A DNA stretch of 64,000 nucleotides from Macrostomum lignano (Eukaryota), in assembly GCA_002269645.1 (NCBI GenBank), contig NIVC01000128.1, positions 124,001-188,000 on the forward strand, in the 5' to 3' direction. Below are positions 48,895 to 61,232 of the stretch, one piece after another. Under the pieces are notes generated by a model that did not search any database, was not told where the DNA came from, and saw only the letters and a list, made by a program, of their open reading frames with translations. The translations under genes and the position numbers were made by a program. The number at the start of each line of letters is the position of its first letter. Within the stretch, counting starts at the first letter, position 1.

Positions 48895-51165
48895 TCATAA
48901 AACAGCTTGATAGAATCTCGTCTGTTGGAGAGTACGACCCGATCGTGTCACATATGGCGCATTTGTGTCAGCATTGGTCGTTTGTCGGTTAGCATCTTCA
49001 GCAGGATTGCTTGTTGTTGGATGCTCATGAGTTGGCTGAATTCTGGATGATGCAGTTGAATCTTTCAGATGACTCTCTGAGATATCTACTGGTCGCTGTA
49101 GCGCTAGATGTTTCGGTATTGCAGACAGTCTGGAGTTCGCAACTCTGGGTGCTAAGAATCGTCGGTTCCTCCTGTAGCATTTACCATCAGCAGTTTGTAC
49201 TTGGTACGATCGTTCTAGATCCGTATGATCCCGCGATTGAATTTCTGCTGGAATCCACTGTCTCTTGTCCTCGTACAACCAGACTTGCTCTCCAGTCTCC
49301 AGTGGTTTCAAATCCCTAGCTGTACTGTTGTAGCGAATCGCGTCCTTCCTTCGCATGGCGTTCAGTGTTTCCAAATCACTCTTCGTCCATGTTCGTTTTG
49401 GTATCAATTCCATTATTAGTACAGGTAGTTCGTACCTCAATTTCCTTCCCATCAGTAGCTCTGCTGGATTCGGTAACCCACGCTCAATCGGAGTATTACG
49501 GTAGTGAAGCATTGCTTTTTCAAAGTCTTCATTCTTTCTCAAGAAGCATTTCACTGTTTGCACAGCTCGCTCCGCTAATCCATTGGACTGTGGATATCTT
49601 GATGATGATGTTACAAACGCTATCCCGCTTGATTTAGCATATAATTGGAATGCGTTGGACGAGAATGGTGGTCCGTTGTCGCATCGCAAGTTCTCAGGTG
49701 TTCCGAATGTGGTGAAATATTTCTTTAATTGCAGGATAACAAACTCAGCTGTATTTGATCTTAATGGATCTGCACAAATCCATCGGCTGTATCTGTCCAC
49801 TACAACTATGAATTTTCGACCTTTAAAATCGAACAGGCCAGTCGCGCACTCTTAAAATGGATAATCAGGATGCGGACTTTGAATGATTGTTTCTTTCTGT
49901 GGTCGGGATTGGCTGCTTTGGCAGGCATCGCATGCTGCTATGTAGTTCTGGATGTCCCGACGCATCTGAGGCCAATATACCGATCCTCTTGCTTTTCGCA
50001 GTGTTTTTTCAATGCCTTGATGTCCTTCATGAGTGATGTTCAAGAATTCGTGGCGCATGGTCCGTGGTATAAATATCTTGCTGGTTTTCATAATTAATCT
50101 GTCGTGCCCGGCTAAATCATGACGAACATTCCAGAAAGGCTTTAGTTGTTCTGGCAATTGGTTTCTGAGTTCCGGCCAACTCTCGCGAATGCGATTCTTG
50201 ATCGCATGGCAAGTTGAATCTGCATATGTGTGTTACTGGATGTTCTTGAGTAGGTCTTCTTGAGTAGGTCTTCTTGAGTATTTCTTTTGAGCGTATGTTA
50301 GAGCTGATGATGCATACTCAATGACATGTCCTTCCTGCAGTAGTGCTGCTCCCAAGCCATCTTTGCTGGCGTCGACAGATAAAATTAGGTCTTTATTCGG
50401 GTCAAATGGCGCAAGCACAGGTGCATCGCAGAGGCACTACTTGATTCCTTGATACGCCTTTTCTTGGTCGTTGGTCCACACCCATTCTTTCTTCATGAGT
50501 TCTCTCAAAGGACTTGTCAGTGCAGAAAAGTTTGCTATGAATCTTGACAAGTAAATTGCACTACCAATAAACCGTTGGAGCTGCGCTTGCTTTTCAGCAC
50601 GCTGTTCGAAACTGTTTGGGTGCGGAATTTCTTTGATGCTGTTTACTTTTTGTTGATCTACTTTCACACCTTTGTCAGTAAGTATGTGTCCAAGAAATCG
50701 AAGCTCGGTTTTGCCAATGCTCGTCTTTTGCCTGTTCAGAGTCAGGTTCTTTTTTCTGCATTGCTCCAAAAGATTTCGAACTGCTTGGTCGTGCTTTTCC
50801 CGAGTCTTTGATGATGATGTCATCGATGTAGTTAGCAGATTTTTCTACCTGACTTTTCATTTCTTCTCTGATGCGCCTCTGGTACCGTAAGCTTCTGGTG
50901 CACCCTTTCGACCAAAAGCTAGTCGATTCCATTTGTAAACACCAAACGGAGTGTGAAATGCAGTAAGAAGTGAACTTTCTTGATCCAACTGAACTTGATG
51001 GAAGCCAGACTTAGCATCAAATGTTGAGAAGTATTTTGCTCCTGTCATCTCGTCATAAGTTGGAATGGGGTATCGATTTCTGACAATATCATCATTTAGA
51101 TTCTTTGGATCTAAGCACAGTCTAATCGAGTTATCCTTCTTCCAGACGATAACAACATTGGACAC
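48895..51165 (-). pseudogene. pol (RT-RNase H-integrase), disrupted
   Basis: RLCLDPKNLN, FSTFDAKSGFHQ, YIDDIII, DASKDGLGA, HEGHQG...CDAC, DRYS, CDNGPPF, SNGLAERAVQT. Frameshifts and an RNase H deletion with a small filler duplication near 50250-50280. Confidence 0.92.
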
Positions 51166-52685
51166 CCAATCTGCCGGCTGGTCGCATTCGTTATTATTCT
51201 TTGGCTCTGCAAACGGTCGTCAAGCTCTTCACGCAGGGCTTTCATAGCCGCTAATGGGACTTTTCTTGGGCCTTGGACTTTCGGTATTGCACCTTCTCTC
51301 AATGAAATGTGATGCGCTCCAGGCAGACATCCAATTCCTTCGAACACATCGCTGTATTCCTTAAAGATCTTTGATTCAGTCAGCACTTCTTTATCTGTAG
51401 TCTTTGTTACGTTGAGGATTTGAATCAGGCCTAATTTCTCAGCTGTGTCGGTCGCTAGTAGAGGTGTATTGTCTTCCTCAATGATAGTGAATTCTGCTGT
51501 ATGCACGGCGTCTTTGTGCGAGAGTCGCAATTGAATCTTGCCCTTCACATTAAGCGTCTGGTTGTTATACACTGATAGTCTGGTGTGGTCTTTTTCTAAT
51601 GGGTTGTCTGTGATTGTTCTTAAGCGTTTCTCGGACATGATATTCACATCAGCGCCGGTATCAATTTTGTAGTTGACGATGTGTCCAAACTCAGTATCTA
51701 GCGACACAACTGTTCTTGAAACGGCTTTCACTTCATTTCCATTATTAGAATTCATAGAATATTTACTTACATCCCCTGCAGCAGCTTGGTAAGAATTCGA
51801 TGTTTCAGTCACGTCAGTAAGCTCACCTTCAACTGTACGAATCTGTTTCGATTGTTTTGTTTTCTCTTTCCGGCACATGGCCTTAAAATGATTCTTTTGT
51901 CCACAGTTCAAGCAGGTCTTGCCATAGGCACTGCAGTTGGTGTGACCAAATTTGTGGTTCTTGCCGCAGTATCTGCATGCCTGTTCTCCTGTAGGAGGCT
52001 TTCGTGTGATAGACTTGGACTTGGCTCTGGTTGATTTCTGCAACTTGTGATCAGGGTCTTTAACAATTCGACTGACAGAGTTTCGGTTTTCACTCTTTAC
52101 ACCTGTCATCCGCCTGGCTTGCATCTTTGAAGCTTCGGTGGCACGGCACAGAACAATTGCCTTTTCCAGTGTCAGCTTCTCTTCCTCAAGGAGCCGTTCA
52201 CGGAGTGCTGAATTATGAACCCCATATACTATCTGATCTCGAAGCATGGCATCGTCAATGCATTGCCCATTTTTAGGCTTTGAAAAACCGCATCGCTTTA
52301 TTAACAATCGTAGCTCATTTATGAAGTGATCAAAATCTTCATACTGCTCCTTCTTACGCATTCTAAACTTATAGCGATCAAATGTTTAGCTGTCCAGAGG
52401 AATGCAGAATTTCTCGAATTTTTCAATGATGGCTTTGTGAGCAGAGTCAGTGGAGAGTTCGAATGTCTCGAATATGTCCCTGCCTTCTTCACCGATGGCG
52501 GTCAGCAGAATCGCATTCTTCATGCTGTCAGCCTCCTTGTCGCGCTTTGTGGCGGTCATGTATAAATTGAATGCGCCGATCCATTTTCTCCAGCGTTCTG
52601 ACTTGGCCTCATCGAATACCATGGGCCCTGGGGGTCGCAGTCCAGCTGCCGCTGTCGTTGCCACCAAAAACGACGCACAAAGCAA
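51111..52685 (-). pseudogene. gag-protease of the Mag-like element (one frameshift)
   Basis: LRPPGP..W.KW..AF.LY..AT, LRDQIVYG, double zinc knuckle CRYCGKNH...C..YGKTCLNCGQKNHFKAMC, protease IDTGADVNIM. Confidence 0.9.
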
Positions 52686-55220
52686 TTATCTAACTGTAGT
52701 CTTTTTCCTCTGACACCATGTTGTGTGTTTGCATGTATTAGGATTATTTGCGCTTGGCGAGACTGTGGGCGCAGCCACACCCCTTTACAAGTATATTCGA
52801 GTTTGTCCATAAACAATAATGTATGCATGAATAAGAAACTAAAGCGGCTGGCTGCCACATAGCTGAGAGATGTCTGTTGTAGCTGAGGGATGTCTGTTGT
52901 AGCTGAGAGATGTCTGTTTGAGCTGAGAAAAGCTTCTCTGACGTGACTTCGGTGGCGAAAATCTTCAACTTCCAATTACCCAGCCAGCCTACCCGGACCT
53001 CTGATGAGCCAGTGAAAATTGCAACAATAACAGGAAAAACACGCGGCATTGAGAAAAGTTGCGGCAAAAAACAGCATGGAGTTTTAGCGGAATGCGAGAG
53101 AGCAAAAACCGTTGAAGCTGGAGAATAGAGCCCTAACGAATGCCGAGCCGCCTCCGGCGCAGCAGGACGTGGTCAGTTGCAAAATTATACTTCTTTTCCA
53201 GTTTCCCTCTCCTTCCTGCCCGGCTCCTTCTCTTCATCTCCTCCTCATTCTTGAACCTGGGTGGCTCTCATGCGTCCGGCTAAATTATAGCTGGAAGGCG
53301 GAGGGGGGCTTCGTGCAGACCGCCACTTTTTGCCAAGGTGGTGTCAAGGGACCGCGATATTACAGAGGAACTAGGGGGGAAGAGAGGACGGGAAATATCT
53401 ACTCACAGGAATTTAATTACAGTCGCGCCGGAGTTAAGCAAGTTGTTCAGCATGGTCTGCAGCTGCCGCAGTTTGCTGTGGTTCTACTGGGCTCCCAGAC
53501 CTCTGCTTCCACTTAAACAGTCCCGCCCCTTTAGCCACTCTCCTGACCTCAACAGCAATGAAGCATCTTGCCTTCTTTGCGCTCCGATTTCTACAGGAAG
53601 CCAGTTTTATGTTTAGTCTTGTTGAATATTCAACAATTCGGAAAGTTTATTCAGTTACTGATTGGAGGATGGCACTTAATCGCCTCTCTCGACTCAAACT
53701 CAATGGCCGTCTGCATGGAAAGTTTTTTGCATGCCAACTTCCTCAAAAAGGACTAAGGATAAGGATAAGGGATCGAGAATTTGAGTGAGCTTCGATTCTG
53801 AACAGGTTTCTTGACTAATTAATCCAGTGTCGTTTTTCTTGAAACGAAAGATCACTGTTCTGCCTTGCGTTCTATTGGTTCAGAAATTATTTTAAATGTA
53901 CAGTGTAATGAGAGAAAGCGACGCACAAGTTGAATGTACACTAACTAACTGGGCGTAAATGTACGCTATGGGGTGTTGAAATGGGGCAAGAAATTTTTTT
54001 CGATGTACATTTGAAGGGGTAGAGAAAATTGGCGAAATGTACGCAGCGAGAGGGTAAGGAATTCCCAGTACACAGGTTTGTCACAGGTTTGTAACCCCCA
54101 CCACCCTCCCCCCTCTACTTCTTTTCAGTGTCGGCGCCCAAAACCTTTTTTGCCTCACGCGAGGAGCTAGTCGAGAGCACGCTATCAGAGACCGTCATCC
54201 TGCCGTGTACCTTTGTTGTGGAGCAGCAGACCCAGCCAGAAATCAATGCAAGTTGCTTTCATTGTGCATACACCGTACTTTTCACTCGGATACAATGGTA
54301 ATTAGTTAGCATCCAAGTGTACATTTACCGCATGTTTCAGAACAGATTTCATCACGTGACTGCATTCCCATGTTTATTACGAGTATATCATTTTTTGAGA
54401 TTTTTCAGGCACACATTTGGCGCCACTGACACTCATTTTGGTGCCCTAAAGCAAAATTCTTGATTTCCATAACGAGTCACAAGGTCCCCCCCGATGGCGA
54501 CGCTCCTGCTTGTTTTAGCATGTAGCTGTGTTGAATAATGGCACCTGAAATAATTTCACTTTGAAGTTTGAGACGTTAATCGTGGATGGCTAAGACGAAG
54601 TCTGTCTGCCCATCGAATCGTTGTTGACCATTAAAGTGTCGGGTAAATATTCTATTAAAAGCATGAATATAATGCGAGATGCATTTGGCGGAGAAGGGGG
54701 TTGTCAGCCAGCGGGGTCAAATCCTCAACAGGCTCAACGACCCAGCCCCACCCCTCCGGGCCCGTGAGAAATCCATTAGAACTAGCTAACGGGGGGCGGC
54801 TTGGCGCCATGAATAAATGCATGCCCGGCTCCTTGTCCGCCGCACAGCCAAGGATAAAAATCCGCCCCTCCTCTCTTCTTTTCTTTGGGATTGGGGCTCC
54901 CGCTCCCCTATTTCGCCTCCATTTATCCTCAGGGACATTCGTCCACTCTCCCTCCCATTAATTTCGCACATCGATTTCCCTCCCAGTCCTGACCGGCATC
55001 CTCGGGGCCTTGTTGCTGCTACCACTGACTGCTCCCGCCTCACCCTTGCTCTCCTATTCATCCTCAACGGCAGCGGTCCACAGCTTATCCACCGTCGACC
55101 TTTTGTCTCGGGTTTTGCCAGCCCCCCGAACCTGAACCCAGTATTTATTGATGCACTACATCATGCGTCCCGAATGTGTCCTGGATGGCTTCAATACCAT
55201 AAATTATTAGATGTAGCACG

Positions 55221-55345
55221 TCAAGCTTTCGGGCAAAGCCCCGGTGCTAAACTGCAGTTTCGCCAAGCTTTCGGGCAAAGCCCCGGTGCTAAGCTGCAGT
55301 TTCGCCAAGCTTTCGGGCAAAGCCCCGGTGCTAAGCTGCAGTTTT
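55221..55345 (+). repeat. 3 x 42-bp in-frame repeat (RQAFGQSPGAKLQF)
   Basis: Direct reading. Confidence 0.9.
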
Positions 55346-55959
55346 AGTGGCTTCAACTCCAAGCAAAAGCGGTGCAGATCGATCTGGACAAGTCGAGAAG
55401 TTTGTTTGATCCCAAACATCGCCTTCCTTCGCAACTCGGCACTTTGCTACAAGGATTTATCAAGCTGGAAACTGTGATTAGAGATTCGCCGGGGATCGAA
55501 CCCATGCTCGATACTCCGACTGCGGCCGATGAAATTGCGCCCATAAATGGCGTTTCTTGTTAGTCATGGGCAATCAGCGGCGCAGAACCCCGCAGGGTAC
55601 ACTCTCCAGTGTGAGTGAGAGTGTTGATAAAACTTCTTCTCGCCTCTCTCTTCTAGAAGCAAAAGTTTTTCAAAAGCAACGCTAATTACGAGCCGGCACT
55701 GGACGTTTTAACCTCATCAGCGCCGGGCGGAAGTCTGATCGAACTCTGGGAGCAGGATGGGTGGGGCTGGTCTGTGCTCTACTAATTGAATTGATTGAAG
55801 GCTGGCATTGGAAAGATGCTCTCCTGACTGTAGGAGCTGCTCTGGTTGACTGACTCTCTGGGGCGCGAGATCGCGCGCTGTTGCTGCCGTCTGGGCATCA
55901 TGGGGTCCACTGGCAAAGTAGTGACTTATGGAATCTGGGAGACTCGTGGAATTCAGGAG

Positions 55960-58075
55960 ACTCTCATAGGATCTGAGAGACTCTCATAGAATCTGAGAGA
56001 CTCATAGAATATGGGAGACTCTCATAGAATCTGGCAGACGCTCATAGAATCTGGGAGACGCTCATGGAATCTGGCAGACGCTCATAGAATCTGGGAGACT
56101 CTCATAGAATCTGGGAGACTCTCATAGAATCTGGCAGACGCTCATAGAATCTGGCAGACGCTCATAGAATCTGGCAGACGCTCATAGAATCTGGGAGACG
56201 CTCATAGAATCTGCGAGACTCTCATAGAATCTGGGAGACTCTCATAGAATCTGGGAGACGCTCATAGAATCTGGGAGACTCATAGAATATGGGAGACTCT
56301 CAAAGAATCTGGCAGACGCTCATAGAATCTGGGAGACTCTCATAGAATCTGGGAGACTCTCATAGAATCTGGGAGACTCTCATAGAATCTGAGAGACTCA
56401 TAGAATATGGGAGACTCTCATAGAATCTGGCAGACGCTCATAGAATCTGGGAGACTCTCATAGAATTTGGGAGACTCTTATAGAATCTGGCAGACGCTCA
56501 TAGAATCTGGGAGACTCTCATAGAATCTGGCAGACGCTCATAGAATTTGGGAGACTCTCATAGAATCTGGGAGACGCTCATAGAATCTGGGAGACTCTCA
56601 TAGAATCTGGCAGACGCTCATAGAATATGGGAGACTCTCATAGAATCTGGCAGACGCTCAAAGAATCTGGCAGACGCTCATAGAATCTGGGAGACTCTCA
56701 TAGAATCTGGGAGACTCTCATAGAATCTGGGAGACTCTCATAGAATCTGAGAGACTCATAGAATATGGGAGACTCTCATAGAATTTGGGAGACTCTCATA
56801 GAATCTGGCAGACGCTCATAGAATCTGGGAGACTCTCATAGAATCTGCGAGACTCTCATAGAATCTGGGAGACTCTCATAGAATTTGGGAGACTCTCATA
56901 AAATTTGGGAGACTCTCATAGAATCTGGCAGACGCTCATAGAATCTGGGAGACTCTCATAGAATCTGAGAGACTCATAGAATATGGGAGACTCTCATAGA
57001 ATCTGGCAGACGCTCATAGAATCTGGGAGACGCTCATGGAATCTGGCAGACGCTCATAGAATCTGGGAGACTCTCATAGAATCTGGGAGACTCTCATAGA
57101 ATCTGGCAGACGCTCATAGAATCTGGCAGACGCTCATAGAATCTGAGAGACTCATAGAATATGGGAGACTCTCATAGAATTTGGGAGACTCTCATAGAAT
57201 CTGGCAGACGCTCATAGAATCTGGGAGACTCTCATAGAATCTGGGAGACTCTCATAGAATCTGGGAGACTCTCATAGAATTTGGGAGACTCTCATAAAAT
57301 TTGGGAGACTCTCATAGAACCTGGCAGACGCTCATAGAATCTGACAGACGCTCATAGAATCTGGCAGACGCTCATAGAATCTGGGAGACGCTCATAGAAT
57401 CTGCGAGACTCTCATAGAATCTGGCAGACGCTCATAGAATCTGGGAGACTCTCATAGAATTTGGGAGACGCTCATAGAATATGGGAGACTCTCATAGAAT
57501 CTGCGAGACTCTCATAGAATCTGGCAGACGCTCATAGAATCTGGGAGACTCTCAAAGAATCTGGGAGACGCTCATAGAATCTGCGAGACTCTCATAGAAT
57601 CTGGCAGACGCTCATAGAATATGGGAGACTCTCATAGAATCTGGCAGACGCTCATAGAATATGGGAGACTCTCATAGAATCTGGCAGACGCTCATAGAAT
57701 CTGGCAGACGCTCATAGAATCTGGGAGACTCTCATAGAATCTGGGAGACTCTCATAGAATCTGGGAGACTCTCATAGAATCTGGGAGACTCTCATAGAAT
57801 CTGGGAGACGCTCATAGAATCTGCGAGACTCTTGTGGAATCTGGGAGACTCATAGAATCTGGGAGACGCTCATAGAATCTGCGAGACTCTTGTGGAATCT
57901 GGGAGACGCTCATAGAATCTGCGAGACTCTTGTGGAATCTGGGAGACTCTAGTGGAATGTGCGAGACTCTCATGGAATCTGGAAGACTCTCGAGGAATTC
58001 AAGAGACTCTTATGGAGTCTGCGAGTCTCTCATGGAATCTGCGAGACTCTCATGGAATCTGAAAGACTCTCATAT
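55960..58075. repeat. 18-20 bp minisatellite (CTCATAGAATCTGGGAGACT / CTGGCAGACG variants), about 2.1 kb
   Basis: Direct reading. Confidence 0.97.
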
Positions 58076-58929
58076 GTAGAATCAGGGAGACTCTCATCCT
58101 GAAGTGGTGGTATTCAGAACAAGGTAGCTAATAGTTAATGTTTTATTAATTATCCAACTGCGCTCTCGCTGTCTTTCACTTTTACCGTGCTCCCTGTTTC
58201 CCAGTCTGGATGGAACAGTTCCCGGCATCATTGACCAAACAGTCATTCGAAGTGGCACTTGAGTCTAAGAGCAGCTCCTCACGTGACCGTTCAGCCTCCT
58301 ACTGACCTGTATGGCAGATCCTCACTGAAACTCGCCTATTTGCTTCCGTCCGCCGATAATGGAAAATATTGCGTCAGACCCCTATTGAGATGCTGGCTCC
58401 GCTTTCAGCCTCTCCTATACAGTCCGCCCCGCGTGTCATAACATAAGCGCATCTCAGGTGACCGAAGCATTTGGGGAATTCTGCGCGTCTGGAGAATTCT
58501 GCGCGCCATCGCAAACCCCTCACCGCCAACAAAACAGCGGGACTCTGCTTTTGCGGAAGCAGCAAGATAAAGACACTATCGACTCTTGACCGAGATGCGT
58601 GAAATGAGGAATGGAAGAAGAGAAGCTGCCAATATGGGCTGATGCCTTATCTGAGCCAACTCAAGCCTCCGACCGGGCAGGCCTGGAGCCATAAATCCTC
58701 ATTTCGAATTTCCGAATTCGCAGTGTTTGAAAGTCCGCCTGTCTGGACTAATCAAATCAAATAGAAAAATGTCCGGACACTTTGTGTCCGAATCGGCTGC
58801 CACTGTGACGGATTGTGCCGCTTGGGGCGCCTTAAACTTCAGTCATATTGCCGCCACATTTGGGAGAAATGGAGGTACGGAATGGATATTTTGAGATACC
58901 AACCGCTGTTCAACTGCTTCTCATAGCCT

Positions 58930-60135
58930 TCTTTGCCTTCTTTGCCTCCTCTACTCTACCTCATCTGCCTCCTTTGCCTCCTCTACCTCCTCTGCCTCCT
59001 CTGCCTCCTCTGCCTCCTCTCCCTCCTCTGCCTCCTCTGCCTCTTCTACCTCCTCTGCCTCCTCTACCTCCTCTACCTCCTCTACCTCCTCTACCTCCTC
59101 TGCCTCCTCTACCTCCTCTGCCTCCTCTACCTCCTCTCCCTCCTCTGCCTCCTCTGCCTCCTCGGCCTCCTCTACCTCACCTGCCTCCTCTACCTCCTCT
59201 CCCTCCTCTGCCTCCTCTGCCTCCTCTGCCTCCTCTCCCTCCTCTGCCTCCTCTGCCTCTTCTACCTCCTCTGCCTCCTCTACCTCCTCTACCTCCTCTA
59301 CCTCCTCTACCTCCTCTGCCTCCTCTACCTCCTCTGCCTCCTCTACCTCCTCTACCTCCTCTACCTCCTCTACCTCCTCTACCTCCTCTACCTCCTCTGC
59401 CTCCTCTACCTCCTCTGCCTCCTCTACCTCCTCTACCTCCTCTACCTCCTCTACCTCCTCTACCTCCTCTACCTCCTCTGCCTCCTCTACCTCCTCTGCC
59501 TCCTCTACCTCCTCTACCTCCTCTGCCTCCTCGGCCTCCTCTACCTCACCTGCCTCCTTTGCCTCCTCTACCTCCTCTACCTCCTCTACCTCCTCTACCT
59601 TCTCTACCTCATCTGCCTCCTTTGCCTCCTCTACCTCCTCTGCCTCCTCTACCTCCTCTGCCTCCTCTACCTTCTCTACCTCATCTGCCTCCTTTGCCTC
59701 CTCTACCTCCTCTACCTCCTCTGCCTCCTCTACCTTCTCTACCTCCTCTGCCTCCTTTGCCTCCTCTACCTCCTCTACCTCCTCTACCTCCTCTGCCTCC
59801 TCTACCTCCTCTACCTCCTCTGCCTCCTCTGCCTCCTTTGCCTCCTCTACCTCCTCTACCTCCTCTACCTCCTCTACCTCATCTGCCTCCTCTACCTCCT
59901 CTGCCTCCTCTACCTTCTCTACCTCCTCTGCCTCCTCTGCCTCCTTTGCCTCCTCTACCTCCTCTGCCTCCTCTACCTTCTCTACCTTCTCTACCTCCTC
60001 TACCTTCTCTACCTCCTTTGCCTTCTCTACCTCCTCTGCCTCCTCTGCCTCCTCTACCTCCTGTGCCTCCTCTGCCTCCTCTACCTCCTCTACCTCCTCT
60101 GCCTCCTCTACTTCCTCTGCCTCCTCTACCATGCT
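58930..60135. repeat. 9-bp pyrimidine-rich repeat CCTCCTCT(A/G), about 1.2 kb
   Basis: Direct reading; stop-free in several frames. Confidence 0.97.
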
Positions 60136-60506
60136 TTCTCCCTCTCTCCATTCCTATCTCTGTTCACTCCCATGTCTCCAAGGCTTCAAGCCATCAACGT
60201 GGGCAGCGCAGATATGTAAAATTCGATCCCAACAAATCGATGAGGCAGCTCAGCAGCCACCGTTTTGGGTCAGCCTTGACTATGCACTGCATAGCTACGT
60301 CATTTTTGCTGTCTCAAGCTGGAGCATTTCTATAGCTATTGCCTGTTCTTAGTTATCGAGTAGCTCATCTTTGACAGTCTGCTTCGGGGCCTTTCGTGGG
60401 CTATCCTGGACTTCGGTAACTGCCTCCAACATTGATGCTTTTAAGTGCTTATTTGCGAATAGAAGCATCACGCTATACCCTTGAAATTGATTGAAGTTAC
60501 CCATAA

Positions 60507-60722
60507 ATATATACAGATGTCAGTGACCCCAGTGACCTCAGTCTACCTGCAGATATATACAGATGTCAGTGACCCCAGTGACCTCAGTCTACCTGCAGAT
60601 ATATACAGATGTCAGTGACCCCAGTGACCTCAGTCTACCTGCAGATATATACAGATGTCAGTGACCCTAGTGACCTCAGTCTACCTGCAGATATATACAG
60701 ATGTCAGTGACCTCAGTGACCT
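60507..60722. repeat. 46-bp minisatellite, about 4.6 copies
   Basis: ATATATACAGATGTCAGTGACCCCAGTGACCTCAGTCTACCTGCAG. Confidence 0.93.
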
Positions 60723-61179
60723 CTAAAAACTGAAAAAGGTCACTAAAATCGACTCACCAAGTGGAGCGTCTTCGCACCTTATTCAGTCATGCAGTTTTTG
60801 CTTAGCAACGAAGCCCCCACCCCACCCAGAGCACAGAATTGGAATCATTAGTGGAAACTCGAAACTCAGTACTCGAGACTCTGCTTCTCCACTGGCTGCC
60901 CTCCCACCGCTCTCCCACTGGCCAAGGTGGCATTGGCGAAGTCAGGGTGGGAAATCAGTGGCTACATTGGCCCAGTTATTCTGAAGTCGAGCGGCAGTTT
61001 GAGTCGAGTTCACCCGGGGCGACGCCAAAATATTTCGGCACGAACTCCTCAATCCCGCCCCAGCCCCCGTGACCGCGAGCGGTGCCCTCCGAAGCACCGC
61101 TGCTCCCGTGTCTTCTTTCGCTAACTTTTCCCAGCTCCCATCGTATCCCTTTCCGCCCGTTATGCATTCAACCTACCCG

Positions 61180-61182
<3 letters not shown>

Positions 61183-61232
<50 letters not shown>
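61183..61232. repeat. (GTCT)n microsatellite
   Basis: Direct reading. Confidence 0.9.

Larger units (their letters stand above)
48690..52859 (-). mobile_element. Near full-length Gypsy LTR retrotransposon, Mag-like (4170 bp)
   Basis: 141-bp LTRs (48690-48830 and 52719-52859, TG...CA, 3 mismatches), 5-bp TSD TAGCT, PBS TGGTGTCAGA (tRNA-Leu-like) next to the 5' LTR, PPT at 48831-48842. Confidence 0.95.
48253..52927. repeat. 20-bp minisatellite (AGCTGAGAGATGTCTGTTGT) split by the LTR element into 48253-48689 and 52860-52927
   Basis: The same unit resumes on both sides of the insertion. Confidence 0.9.

Noticed and set aside
52995-53040. Hammerhead-like CTGATGAG...GAAA (also CTGACGAG..GAAA at about 23309)
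   Set aside because: Stems I and III do not pair in register with a UH cleavage triplet.
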